From the human T2T-CHM13v2.0 reference genome, Homo sapiens, in the NCBI RefSeq assembly GCF_009914755.1, contig NC_060931.1: a DNA stretch of 64,000 nucleotides, one strand, 5' to 3'. Position numbers and translations under genes: made by a program. The notes below the pieces were generated by a model. That model was not told where the DNA came from. It ran no database searches and saw only the letters and a list, made by a program, of their open reading frames with translations. Shown here piece after piece: positions 31,033 through 45,444 of the stretch (the stretch's first letter is position 1; every line of letters starts with the position of its first letter).

Positions 31033-31444
31033 TAAACACATGTGATGTGGGAGCAGAAAGCAAAAACAAAATTAGTTGGCTTAACTGACATGTAGAGAAC
31101 ATTCCACCCCAAAACAGCAAAATACACAGGCTTCTCAAGTAAACATGGTTCATTTAATAAGAATAATTATATCCTAATATATTAAAAACCTTAATAAACT
31201 CAAACCATATGGAGTATATTCTTGAATTGCAATGAAATTAACTACAAATAACTAACAAAAATGATATGATTGTCCCTGAATATTTGGAAATTAAAGTAAT
31301 TCTAAATACTTATGGAGAAAACTGGGAATACTCAGAAAAATCAAAACATAGTTTGTACTAAAACAAAATGAGTATGTAACATATCAAAATTATGAGGTAG
31401 CTAAAGCAGGACTTTGAGGAAAAATTATAGCATTAAAAAAAGAC

Positions 31445-33345
31445 CTTGCAGAAGGATAATGAGACTGAGGGCTGTTGAGTCGTTAATGGGTAAGGCTGGA
31501 AGCCAGAGGGCCTCTGTGCTAGTTTACAAGGAGGCTCATATCTCCTACAGTGGAAGGGAATGACATAGCTCAGACAATTAGGAAGACCTAATTTTTAGAA
31601 CTGCAGAGCTCCAGGGACATATGAATGCATGGCTGAGGTCACTGCTCAGGTGAGAAAAGGACTGAGACCAGAGACCGTGGTACAAGGACATATGTCTGGA
31701 CAGACATGTCTCCTTTCCTGCCAGGCCAATACCAAGAAGGAAATGCTAATATAGCCCAGTTTGGAACATGCTGGCCCTGATCAGGGAGGAGGGACTCTAT
31801 ACACCCAAAGAGTTGAATGAATTAGCTGTTTTGTATGAGCAGGAACCAGAGGAGCACTCCTGGGATTAGAAATGGTGCAACCATGTTCCTAGAGCAGCCC
31901 TTAGAAACTTGAAAACAGCAATGCCCAATACTCAGCAGAATGGAAATGCCCAAATTGCCCTGTCAGAAGCCAGAGGATATGCTGAAGGAAGCAGAGATTG
32001 TATATTATGTCAGACCAAAAGACCCAAGAGAAGGTCATAGTCCAAGAGAAGGAGCAGAAAGCTCACTCTTCACTAAGACCATAAAGAATGTGCTGGGAGA
32101 GGGGCACCATCATCAATAATAAGTTTGGTGGTGGCTCTTCTGGTGGTTGGAGAGGCAGTCAAAGGAGTCCACTCAACAACATCATGAAGATGATGGAGCT
32201 CCATGCCAGGAGAAGCCAGGTTCTGGGGCTTCACCGCTAGATGCCAGGAGGTTAGAGGTGCGACCAAGGGGGTGTGGCCCACAGGGACTTGAGGAGATGG
32301 TTAATAGAGTGTCTGTAGTGGGTAAATGAATAGGCAGCCAAGAAGAATGCTGCTTAACATCTATAACTAGGAAAAAAAGTTAGAACGGAGTATCAGAAAG
32401 TCAAGCACAGTCACACTGTTAACAAGTCCAAGTTCCTGCTCAGTTGCCAGACCTCAGCCAAATTTTCAAATTCAGAATCCACTGGCATTATTCCTAGGAA
32501 GAAAGACCCTACCATACCATGGCATATGCTGTGAAAACGCCCTCAATCTTCCTCAAAGGGACCTGTAGCCATTTACTTAGGCTTCTTTATACTGAGGAAA
32601 AAAGAATAACAAGCCATTTCAAAGACTACTTAATAAAGGGCCCGAATTGACATTGATTGACCCGAATAAAAATCCAAAGATCCATCATAGCCCAGCTTTG
32701 GAGCACAGAGGGCTATGAGAGTTAGGCCAAATTAGAAATTGTGGCTAAAGTCCACCTTTCAGTGGTCTGCTAGGTCCATGAATCTACTCAAAGGTCATTT
32801 CTACAATCTCCAAGTACATAATTGGAACTGACGTCCTTAGTAATTGTAGTAACCCCCTTATTGGGTTTCTGCAATGTGAGAAAAAAACTGTCATCATGGA
32901 GAAAGGCCAAGTGGAAACCTCTGAAATTCCCTCTCACCCCTCTGCCAAAATAGTAAGTAAAAAACAATATTGTATCCTGGGAGAGACAGAAAAGACTTGT
33001 GCCACCATTAAAGATCCAACATAAGAATACAGCAAGGGTGATCCCTGTTATGTCTCCATTTAACTCATCAATTTGGCTCCTGCAAAAGCTGGACAGATCC
33101 TGGAAAAAGACTATTGATGAGCACAGATGAATAAATAATAGCTGTGTTTGCAGACAGATATGGTATAGTTGCTGGAGCAGACAAATATGGCCTCATGTCT
33201 ATTGCAGGCAACCATTGATTTGATAAATGTGTTTTTCCCATTCTAATTAGCAAAGATGATTAGAAATAATTCATATTCACTTGGAAGGGGCAAAAATATT
33301 CACTTACATTTTGCCTCAGGGTCATATTAATTCTCTCACCCTCCT
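31445..33345 (+). mobile_element. ERVL-type internal remnant (gag-pro-5' pol), heavily decayed
   Basis: Decayed RT motifs SPFNSSIWLLQKLDRSWKKTID (~33053), IDLINVFFP (~33214) and FTWKGQKY..LPQGHINS (~33276). A protease-like LLNKGPELTLI sits near 32626. Confidence 0.8.
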
Positions 33346-33477
33346 GTATTGTGGTCTCTCCAGCCTTCCCCAGATCCTACTTTAATTTTCCCTAATAAGT
33401 CCTTTACTGTCTTCTTTTCAGAATATCTTCACAAACACAATGAGAATCTCAGAAGCTATAGAATGTCTGACACATAC

Positions 33478-33619
33478 AAAAAGAAAGAAAGAAAAGACAG
33501 AAAGAAAAGAAAGAGAAAGAAGAAAGAAAAAGAAAGAAAGAAAGAAAAAGAAAGAAAGAAAGAAAAAGAGAGGAAAGAAAGGAAAGAAAGAAAGAAAGAC
33601 AGAGAAAGAAAGAAAGAAA
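33478..33619. repeat. Purine-rich (GAAA)n/(GGAAA)n low-complexity tract
   Basis: Directly visible. Source of the spurious K/R/E-rich and F/L/S-rich ORFs. Confidence 0.95.
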
Positions 33620-34258
33620 TCTGAATTCAGGACTAGATCTAAAATAATAAAAATCAAAAACGAATATCTGACCCTATGAACTTAATTTTTGCCTATCAAA
33701 GTATTTTTCTGTTAGCTTGTTTTCTTTAAAATAAATTGAATAAGTTAAAAGTCAGCATGACCTAGTGAAGACTGTCAACCATGGCTGCATGTTAAAATAA
33801 CCTAGAGAGCTTTAGAAAGAAAAAACAGCAAGGCCTTTAACCTGCTCCCAGAATTACCGATTTCATGGTCTGGATGAGCTTAGCCATTAGAATTTTGACA
33901 AGGAAATGAGTCTCCATTTTCTCCTGTCAGAGAGAAATAATATTTTTTATCCTAGATGGTCATTATAATGATCTAAGCAGCTGGAATACTCTTGCCCATG
34001 GCTTGCTTGCTCATTTCTGCCAAAAATTTTATAAAATATTTGCTTCTCAAAGGTGCCCCACCTGTCACCATAGCAAAGGTTGTGAGCTCCCCCATGACCC
34101 TCCTGCCTTGTCCCTGCTGGATTCCTCACCAGGGCACCTTAAAATACCCCATAGAATTAGTATGTTCACTTTGCTCATGGTTCATCTTCCTCTCCTGGCA
34201 TGTAAGCTCCACAAAATAGGGAATTTTTGACCTTTTGTTCCGTACTGCAATATCTAGG

Positions 34259-34472
34259 TCAGAAGTTGGCAAACTACAGGCCGTGGGCTAAATATGCTCC
34301 AGTGCCTGTTTTTGCAAATAAAGTTGTATTGGAATGCAATCACCCATTGTGTATATATTGCCTATAACTGTTTTTGTACTGCCCTCAGTTGCAACAGAGG
34401 CTGCCTTGTGGCCTGCAAAATCGAAAATATTTATTATCTGGCCCTGTACAGAAAAAAGTTTGCCAATCTTTG
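34259..34472. mobile_element. MER58A-like hAT transposon inside an L2 3' end
   Basis: TIRs cagaagttggcaaact / agtttgccaatctttg; ttttgcaaataaagtt core. Confidence 0.8.
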
Positions 34473-35743
34473 GTATAGGAAAGTATCTGGCATGTAGTAT
34501 ATGCTTAATAATATTCTTTCATTTATTCAACAGGGTGTCTAGCACAAAATTAGCACACAAAAATGGTCAATTTTATGTTCTGTTTGATTACAAGTATGTC
34601 CAGATCAGAGAATCAAATCCCTAGAAATTCGTAGAGTAAAATGTTCATCCAAATGAATTAAAGTAATTGGAGTAGATAGTTTCTTTACCTTCATATCTTT
34701 TTTTGTTTGTTTTGTAGAGGGAAAGGGAAATGATTAGTAAAAGGGAGGTTTCAGTTCCTAATCCTTTTGTTGCTCACTTAATTTTTGTGCTTGTTTGCAA
34801 GTTTCAATTAATATCAATCAAAATAATTCTCCCTACTTTGTAAATGGTGTTCAATTGTTACCATGCAAAAGGTGAATTAACCTAGGACGGGGGTTCAGGC
34901 CTCTGGCTGCCCCCTAAGCTTCGGGGTCTGCGTGATCATCTTCTGGCAATCTAGAAGGGATGCTGTTTGGAAGCTGTGCTTACCATCATTACGCTGACAT
35001 TGATTTTTAAATTGTCCATTAGTGTATTCATAAGGGAGCATATGCTTTTTTTGCTAGAAGCAAAACAGAACTTTATTAACAGAACCCTGACTTTTCCTTT
35101 CTTCTTCCACCTTTAAAGCTTGGTCTTTTATGAGATATGGACTTCTTTGCAGTCTGACAAACTTTGTAGACACTTCTCAAAATAAAGTTTATAAATGCTA
35201 AAGGAAGAAGAAGGAGAAAGCCATGAGATGACAAAGGCAATAAATTATATTGAAACTGTAGTACTAGAAATTGAAGTTTTTAAGCAAAACTTTAAAAGCA
35301 ACAAATATTTGATATAATAACTTCTGTGATTCTGTATTTAATGTGGTGGATATAATAACAATTATAATTTCAAAGTCATGCTGAGAGTAAACTTTTCAAG
35401 ATATTTGGAGCCACTGTGAATGTGATATTAAAATACTGAAAGTCATAATTTCTGCTGGTGAGACCGTCACAGGTATTGCTAATGCAACTGTGGCTGCTGC
35501 CTGGATGCATAATGGAAGTAGAGGCTAAATTTCGGTTAGCAGAAAAGGAAATCAGATGTAATTTTTCCCTTGTATTCTTTCTAACTCTTTTTCTACTTGA
35601 AGCATTAAATTTACTTGTGCACTCTCTAGCCTGTTTCTTCCTCAGAAAGTATCCTCCACCTTTTGCCCATTTAACATTCTGACAAATTTGAGTCCATACA
35701 TTTTTATTACTCCAAAAGAGGTACCTTTTAAACTGTACCTTTA

Positions 35744-36135
<392 letters not shown>

Positions 36136-37689
36136 TTAGTCAATTTGGCATAGCTAGTGCACAGTCTGAAAGCTGGTGAGATAGATGTAGAGTTGCAAAA
36201 TTTTCAATTTATCTATTAGGCAGCAGGAGGCTACAGTGGGCCCTATGCAAAACAATTCATGTAGCATTATGGGAATTTGTCCTTTGCACTTCCTGGCTAT
36301 CTTGCTTTTATGTGCATTTATTACTAAGAAGTTGTACTCATGGAGTATTGTATTATCATTGTTGATAAAATAATAATGATATTTTGCAGTCACCATGCAT
36401 CTTTCTTTGTTCCCTGACTTTGTTTGCACAGGAAAATTAAAGAAACAAATTGCCGTTTAGTACTTTTCCACCTCTGCAGTAAAAAATCGTCAGGAAAGCA
36501 CAAGCTCAGAATTATCAATGAGCAGATGCTAACAGGTTATGAAACTATGCAAATCAAAGTACACTTGAACAAATGAACTGAAGTTGCTGCCTTGTCAACT
36601 TAGACATAGCTGGTGGAACTCAGTAATGGATGTTAGGGAAAATGTTGAAAATAGAAATGTCTGTAACTTTTTTTTTCTCTAAACCGAGCCTTTTCTGGGT
36701 GGGAAGAAGTACTGATAAATTTACAAACTCTGTTTTGCTTACCCAGTGACATTGTCCTCCCCTTACATTCTTGCTGCAAGATACCCATTTTCCTTTCTCC
36801 CATGAAATGAGATTTTAGGCACATAAACTTATGCTGATCCAGGAGATGTGAGATAAGGCAGGGCTAAGAGTTTCCCAACTGATGTCAGTCGTTAAAACAA
36901 AGAAAAAATACTGATAGCAATTTTATATCATGTAAAATAGATGTCCCCTAGGTTTCCATCTACATCTAACATTTTATGATTCTAATATAATCTTACAAAA
37001 TAATAATAAATGGAAAACTGGAGAGCAATGATTATTTGATTAGAGTAGTAGGAAAACACTGAAAATTACTATGTACCAGGATTTCAGATGGGTATTGCGA
37101 AATAAGAATAAAAAAGATATCTCGCCCCCAAGGGCTTGAAAGTGAAATAAAAGAGACAAACAATAATCTGTTCATTAAAAAACTGTGTGATGAATGCCTT
37201 GAGAGAGATAAGTACAGGTTGCTAAAGCAGCAAAGACGTTCAAAGAAGACTTCCTAGCGGGTGTGGTACTTGAAGTAAGATGAGATGTAACGAACTAGAA
37301 GACTCTGTCTAAATGAAGAGAGGTATGGAGGCTTCCTATTTAGAGAAAACAGTAGGAAGTCGGAAGAGATGAGCACATTAAAGAAATGATGATAACTTAA
37401 TATGGCCACAGGAGTCCACAAATTGTACAGGTGAACATATGTCCCCCATATATTCACCTATACAATTTAAAGCAGAAACATATGTATAGTCCAGTGGCGA
37501 TCTGGGGCCAAGATGTTCTGTGAGTAATAAAGACTGTTCTCTTATCTGGAGACCTCATATTTCCTGTAAGAATCCATCTGTCTGTCTATCTAATCATCGT
37601 TTCTGTCTATCTTTCTATTTTATCTATACTTCTTTCTAGCCATGATGCTATTAAGAGAATTGTTGGCCTGGAAAATAGATCTGGAGAAA

Positions 37690-38048
37690 GTACAATGTTG
37701 CCGCTTAGAGAACTACCAAGTTTAAGACAGGTAAAGAAACAGAGAGGATTAAGTAAGAAGTCTCAAATTAATCCCTTTGAAGTATCAGAAAGAGACAACA
37801 CAGGATGTGGAAAAGAGACACTATTTGAAGAGACTATGAAAGGGAATTGTCTATGATTGTTCAAAAGCCAATCTTCAGATTCAGAAATCCCAGTGAATCC
37901 TATGCAGGAGAAATAAAAAGAAATCTATACCTAGAAATATGAGACTGAAAACGAAGAACAACGTGGACAAACAGTCTTTGCCTTTCAGAGGGAAAAAGAC
38001 AGAATATCTGCAAAGAAATGATCATTAGCTTAAGAGCTACTTTCTCAA
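37690..38048 (+). mobile_element. Old L1 ORF1 fragment
   Basis: cttcagattcagaaatcccagtgaatcc...aaataaaaagaaatctatacctagaaatat. Confidence 0.65.
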
Positions 38049-39668
38049 TCATTTGAATGTTTTAAATGCATTCATTTCAGATTTTTCTTCTAAATAGCAA
38101 TTCTATTTGTTTCCTACACTAAAAATAAATAAATAAAACAAAAATCATTTCATGGCTGAATCTTTATTTTCACTTAAGCAAATACTCAGGAAGACAGCTG
38201 CAGGTGGAAGCTATGACTATGCTGAGCTCTCAGCGGGGGCTAAGGCAGGCAGGGCCCTGGCCGATGGCAGATCATCCCTCAGGCGTCCCTGTACTCCACT
38301 TTTCCTGAGCGCCGGGAGAGCTGCACACACCACCCCACGAGTAGGCCCCTAAAACAGAGCCAAGTCACTTCAGGAGTGGCATCCATCTCAAGAGATTCTG
38401 TGAAGGGAGGTCACAACCCAGCAACAGGCGGGGGCCAAACAGCCCTCATTCGCGCTGCTCCTTTGCGATTCAGAATCCCTGCTTCCTCACCGTGAAACGT
38501 CATGTGAGCTCCAAGTGTCCAGCTCAGCACGGAATAGAGCTCCTTGCGGTCAGCACTGTGCATGGGCACCATCAGCGTGGCCACAGACAGTGAACTTTAA
38601 AACTAGGCAACAAATAAAACCTGAAGACAACACTGCATGAATACTGGCAAGATTTGGGATGGCCTGTGCCATCAAGGTGCTTCTGGAGAAGTTAGAAAAC
38701 TCAGAAAGGAACATCATGAGCTCAGAAAGTACGCAGCAAATGAGAAGAATGTGGAACAGGAGAGACAGAAAAAGGGCAAAAAATGAAAACACTAACTGAG
38801 GGGTGCTCTGAGTCCAGGTTATAATGTATATTACCCAGCATATACTGTATATAAATGTATATTAAAACTTCAAAGCAAAGACAAGTTGAAGAAAACAAAA
38901 GTCCCTAAACCGAGTCGATTAAGACACTCACAGTTGCAGGTGGTGGATAAGACAGCAACGGACCCCACTTGGCCATGGCAAGTGGACAAGATGGTCTCAC
39001 CAACCAGGTCGACCACTGTATGAGAGCTCACCGGTTGTACTAATTTCCTCTAAATCCTCTCAGATTTACTTCTGGCCTAGAAGTAGATAATCTGTATCTG
39101 GTAGCATTACAGGCTTTTTCTGTTGACTTTGCTGTGGTAGAAAATAGATCAAATACAAAAGAGGACTTAACAAATACAATCAGACTCACATTAAATCCTT
39201 GGAGTGATACCCGAACTGAACAGTAACTCCACCTTCTTAAGACATACATGGGCTCTTGTGCATAAGGCTCTGTAATAATTTTTACCACTGTAATCAAACT
39301 AGGTCACCAAAAAGATAGTGAGAGATAAAATTTATCCTCAGAAAACTTCAAAAAGGCCAGTTTACCCAGCCAAACTGAGAGCTGGATTTCAGACAATAAG
39401 AAAGAATTTGTAACAGAAGACATCATCATAAAACTTTTTTTCTTGAAATGGTAAGTGACCATTACATCTAGAATGGCCATTTAGTTTTCAGATAAATTTC
39501 TATTTCAAATAAACGTAAGCCTAACAACCTAGTTTTTTTAAATCACTATTATGGCTAATTTAATACATTTAAATTCCACTTTTATGTAAAAGGCAAATAT
39601 TAAGCCAACAAATTAATGTAATAGATTTTTTTAAAAAAACATTTTATTTAAAAAAAAAAAGTTTTTTA

Positions 39669-39969
<301 letters not shown>

Positions 39970-40519
39970 TTAGAAAGAATTTCAAGCTCAGCAAAAGTGA
40001 TACACTCTTTATTCAGATTTACCTACTGTTAACATTTCTGGTAGAGTGTTTTTATTTATCGTTTGCATGCATTTATTCTGTCCCCTCCCACACGCACACA
40101 CATCTAGGAGCGGGGAGCATCTGAGAGTAACTTATATACATCATGGCCCTTTACTACTAAATACTTTAGTGTGTATTTACTAAAACTGAGAACGTTCTTT
40201 TACGTTACCACAGTACAACTGCCAACTTCATAAACTTAACATTAATACAGAACTTTAATCTGCTGTTCCTATTCCCATTTTGCTACTTGATTTATTAATA
40301 TTCTTTAAGGCATTTTTTTTCTCTCCAGTCCAGAGTCCAGTGCAGGGTAAGACTGTGCAATTACTTGTCATGTCTCTGTAATAGGTTTTTTAACTAAAAA
40401 ATTATTCAGTAGGGTATGAAAATAAATGTTTATTATAATACTTGAGAAGTATTACATGATCTTGAATTTCCTTCAAAGGCATTATATAAATTCATTTCTT
40501 TTATTCACATAACCATACA

Positions 40520-42260
40520 AACAGTGCTATGCATATGTGGTCAAATGATTTTAGACAAAGTCATCAGGATACTTCAATAGGGAAATAACAGTCTTCTTCA
40601 ACAAATGATGTGGGAATAATTGATATCCATGGAGTGAGAGGATGAACATTTATTTACTTTCTCATTTCATATACACAAATTAACTCAAAATTTATCACTG
40701 AGTTAAATGTAAGGGCTAAAAGCACAAAATTTCTTTGAAAAACCATTTTTTAAAAACTTCGTAATTTTGTGGTAGGCAAAAATTTCTTAGCTAGCACATA
40801 AAAAAGCATGAACCATAAAAGAAAAAAGTTTATAAATGGGGTTCCATACATTTCTGTTCTTCAAAAACCACCACTAAGAAAATGAAAAGACAAGCCACAG
40901 ACTAGAAAAAAAATCTGCAACACATAAATCTGACAAAGAATTTGTATCTAGGATATCTGAAGAACTCTTACTATTGAGTTGTCACTCAATAAACAAATCA
41001 ATGAAAAATGGGCAAAAGATTCAAATGGACATTTCACAGAAGAAAATATACAAATGACCGCTAAGTACAGGAAAAGACAGTCAACAATATTTGTCATCAG
41101 GATCATACAGCTTAAATCCACCACACACCAAGTCTGGGTTAAGACGAACAACTGCAACTCTTGTACACTGTTGGTGGGAGGGTAGATGCTGTAAGTACTT
41201 TGGAAAAACTTAACCATACAACACAGCAACTGCACTCCTGGGTACTTCCCAAGGAGAATAAAACATATTCAGCAGACACTGAGTACATTTCCAATGTTCA
41301 TAGCAGGGTTTTTTGTAATAGCTAAGACTGGAAACAACTCAAATGTCCACCAGCAGGGGACGGCTGACTTGTGGCACAGTCGCTCGCTGAGGCGCTCCCA
41401 GCAGAAAGAAGCGTCAAATGACATGCACACCTCAAAAGCACCGAGTGAAGGAAGCCGGAAACAGAGAACACGCGGAGCACTCCATTTCCAGCAGCCCCCC
41501 ATTATCTGCGGCTCACGCTCCACGGTGTCAGTTACCCGTGGTCAGCCACAGTCTGAAAAGATTAAATGGAAAATTCCAGAAATAAACACTTTGTAGGTTT
41601 TAAACTGCACACCATTCTGAGAAGTATGATGAAATCTCGAGCTGTCCCACTCTGTCCCGCTTAGGGCACGAGTCTCTTCTCTTTGTCCAGCATGTCCACA
41701 CCGTATACGCCACCTGCCCTGAGTCACTCAGTAGCCACCTTAGTGGTCAGACCGACTACTGCAGCATCACAGTGCTTGAGTTCAGGTGACCTTCCCTTTA
41801 TTTAATAATAGCCCCACAGCACGAGAGTGGTGATGCTAACACACTGTTATAACTGATCCATATTATTATTAGTTATTGCTGCTAGTCTCTTACTGTGCCT
41901 AATTTATAAACTTTATCAAAAGTATGTATGTACAGGAAAAAAAGATCATATACAGAGGGTGTGGTACCATCTACAGTTTCAACCATCCACTGGGGGTCTT
42001 GGGACGCATGCCCCACGGATAAGAAGGGACTCCTGTATATGAAACTTCGGGAAATCAAATCCCATCTACAGTGACAGGAAGCAGATGGGTGCCTTCCTGG
42101 AGCAGGGGCTGAGGAACTTCTGCCAGCGATGGTTCCCTTCTGTACCTTAACTGTGGTGATTATCACGTTAAGTATGTAAACTTGTCACATCTTTTCAAAC
42201 CGTACACTTACAATGGTTCATTTGACTCTATATAAATTATATCTCAAAGTTGAACCTTTT
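40520..42260 (+). mobile_element. Old L1 (L1M) ORF2 end and 3'UTR, split by MER44
   Basis: ORF 40979..41185 reads KWAKDSNGHFTEENIQM. ORF 41294 reads MFIAGFFVIAKT. Confidence 0.8.
41470..42036. mobile_element. MER44-like (TcMar-Tigger) element
   Basis: TIRs cagcagcccccc-attatctgcgg / cacggataagaagggactcctg; aaatggaaaattccagaaataaac core. Confidence 0.8.
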
Positions 42261-44099
42261 AAACAGAGCAACAGAAGACAAAGTGATGGCAAGGGGCCAC
42301 TCTGAGTTGAGAGGGCAGGAATGGCCTTGCTGAAAAGGTGGCATCGGGGACTTAAATGAGAAGAAAGATGCCCTAAAGAGGGTGTACATTTGGCCAATGT
42401 GTACAGTCTCTAACTCTTCATTTCTCAATGTTCTGTAACTGTGTGAGGACATAAGATTGAGCCAAGTCACCCAATTTTATTTTAACATTTTTAACATTGA
42501 ATCCCCCATAGTTGCTATGGACAACAGGAAAACAATATGCACTATACTTCCAGGCCTTTCCTAAAAGCAAACTCCAGCTCCCACCCTAGTTCCACGTCTT
42601 GCTTTGTGTTCAGAAATTCTCATGTGAACCAGTAAACTCAACAAACCCTTTACTATTTAAGAAGGAACAACCCTTGATCTCTACTCACTCCTCCCCAAAG
42701 TAACGGTCCACCCTGTTCCTTCCGCCCTCTGAATACACTCCTGTTGTCCCCACCCTCCAGCCCAACTCCTCCCCACTGGCAAATGTCCTCTTTCACACAG
42801 ACACACTTTACAGAGGACTCTGGGAGAAAGCGAGAGCTTCTGTGCCCCAGGCCAAATAACAGGTTTAAAACTCGTGTTTTGCTCCTGCCTGAGCTTCGGA
42901 ACACGACAACTACCAGCAGATACATCCCCACGTCCACTGTCTACACGGATGTGGCACACACAGCGGGTTCCGGATCTGTAAGAACGCAGAGTTGGTGAGG
43001 TCTCTTGCACACGCGCCACCAGGCAGGCTGCCGTCCTACATGTCTCCCGCCAGCTCTGCCCAGATACTGTTTCTACATTAATGCTGCAAAGTGCTCTCAT
43101 TTTCATCATGTTGAGCTTCAGCCTAGAATTACTGAACTGAACTTTATCTCTATCCACAGAAGAACTACAGCCTGCGGTTAGAAAGGTCCCTGTGTGGGCA
43201 CGTCCTGGGGGAGGCCGGCCAGAGCAGAGCTGTCCCGGACGGCGCCTCCCAAGGACAAGGTCGAGGGAGCTGGCTCGTACTTCAGCAGCCCCTGAACCGC
43301 CCGGCCCTAAGCCGTCCTGCACCACCCATGGGGCCGACTCCCGGCTGCAACTCTTTCCCCTCACCCCGCCGCCGACAGCAGAAGTTTCAGGGGACAAGGG
43401 GGACCTGCCAGAGCGAGAGTGGAGGGTGGAATACAGTCTAAAAGGAACATACAAGTGTTAAGTGACAGGCTCTATGGAACTGCCGGAGCAGAGCCCAGCA
43501 GAAGACAAGCGTTTAAGAAGACAAAGCAGTAGAAACCCCGTTTTCCTGACAGGGCGTTCGGAGCCCTTCACAATCTGACCCCAGCCTACTCCCTGGAGCC
43601 AGGTGGGGATGCCCAAAGGCCTCACACTCCCCCCGCTGTCTGGTGCTGGGGCCTGAAGCAAGCAGCAAACCCCCCCACCCGTGGGCTCCCACGCCCTCAT
43701 CTGTGAAGACATCACCAGGCCGCTCGCAGGTCTGAGGGGAAATTAGAGGGTAATGGCGTCAGCACCGGCCCAGGGAAGGCAGGACGGCGACAAGCACAGT
43801 GGGTTCTCTTGTTTGGCCCTCTCCGCCCTGGGCCATGCAGAGGCTGGAGCAGGGCCAGGTCTACACCCGGTCCGTCCACTCCTCCCTGAAGCCGCCACTA
43901 CACACAGCGCTCGGTAAGCAGGGGCCCTCCCCAGGCATCGTGGAATGAACGAGGAGCATTTCACTTGCTCTACCCTCTGGAATAAAAGGGGGTCAGTAAG
44001 GGAAAAAAGACTCCAGCAAGTAACTCAAGAACCAGAAACAATAACTGACAATTTCTGATTAAGTCCTTGGACTCTGGTAACCTCCTAATGTTTCTCCCT

Positions 44100-44294
44100 A
44101 GTGCGCGGGTTCTCAATCAGGGACAATTGTGCCTCCAGGGGACATTAAGCAACATCTGGAGATGATTTTGATTGTCAGGACTGGGTGGGGGTGGGAAGGT
44201 GCTACTGGCACTTTGTGGGTAGAGGCCAGAGATGCTGCTAAACATCCTACAATGGAAATGTCAACAGCACCAAGGCTAAGAAACCCTGCCCTAG
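44100..44294. mobile_element. MER20
   Basis: ggttctcaatcaggg...ggtagaggccagagatgctgctaaacatcctacaatg...gaaaccctg. Confidence 0.85.
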
Positions 44295-45444
44295 TTAGCG
44301 CTGAGCAGTAAAACCAAAGGTGCCTGTACACCAGCAAAGAGGGCCACTGGGGAAGTGGTGTGCCACTCTGCAGCTAACCCGAGATGTGCAGGAGTCCCAA
44401 AAGGCAGCGGCTGCTCAGGGCAAAAAAGCAAAGGAAACCAGGCAAAATCCCTGGGAACTTTAAAAATAGAAAAGTCAATCGGCTAGAGGCCGCAGCGGGT
44501 GAGGAATCTGCTGCCCTGGCCTGGATGTGGAGCGCGATTCCAGAATATCACTTGAAGTCATTTCATGGAATACAATCACAGTGCTTACGCGCTGCCTGAC
44601 ACAGCTGAAGGCAATTCCACACACCAACTCCTTTCACCTTGCCAATAATGGGATAAAGCAGGTACTATTCCCATCCCCATTCTGCCGAGAAGGACGCTGA
44701 GGCACAGTGAGATCAAGTAACCTGCCAAAGTCACACAACTGAACAAGCAGTAGGCAGGGCAGAACACACACCTGGCAGTCTAGAAGCTCTCGGTCACGTG
44801 GCATCCACACCTGCAGACCTCATGCTCACCACCATGCAGGATCCACGCACTCAACACACATGGGCGCCACCCCCCCGCCCTGCAGCCCATGTGCTCAGCA
44901 CAGCACTCTAACCACCAGTCCACACTGCCTCCCTTCCTGTGACACAGAATTCGGACCCCACCTTGTATAGACCAATTTGTAAAGTAGCTCTCCCTGTGCT
45001 GAGCTGAAATCTGGTACCCACCTGGCCCTGGTTTCTCTCTTTCCTTGGCACTGCTCACCGTCTAGCTGCCCATCACATGTCCCAAGACAGCCTCATGCTC
45101 CCTGCCAGGTCGCAAGTCAAACAATGCTACTTCCCTCAACCATTTCTCACAGGTCATCTTTTCAGGAACTCTTGCTGTTCTGGGGATGCTCCTCTGGATA
45201 TACTTCAAAATCCAACAACAACCCTCTTATAATGTGGACTCCCCTCCACAGCAGAACACAACACCATCAACACAGCATGTCTCCCCAGGACAAACAGAAA
45301 GACTCTGAAGCAGTGAGGTGGAACCCTGCCCTTGAGGGCCAATCAACGTCAAATGACTTGCCATCTCCTAATAGAGCAAAAAGTGGTCAGTGGCTGTAAA
45401 AACCTCCACGTCTGACACAGTGGGAAATGGAGGAAGCATTACTA

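Noticed and set aside
33349-33679. K/R/E-rich and F/L/S-rich ORFs
   Set aside because: These are translations of the GAAA simple repeat.
39440-39460. Consensus + strand donor ATG|GTAAGT (similar one at 20191)
   Set aside because: Isolated donors occur by chance at this frequency, and I identified no convincing matching acceptor or exon.
42681-43454. 257-aa minus-strand ORF, the longest in the window
   Set aside because: No recognisable domain. The R/G/S/P-rich composition is typical of chance ORFs in GC-rich DNA, and it is intronic with no supporting exon structure.
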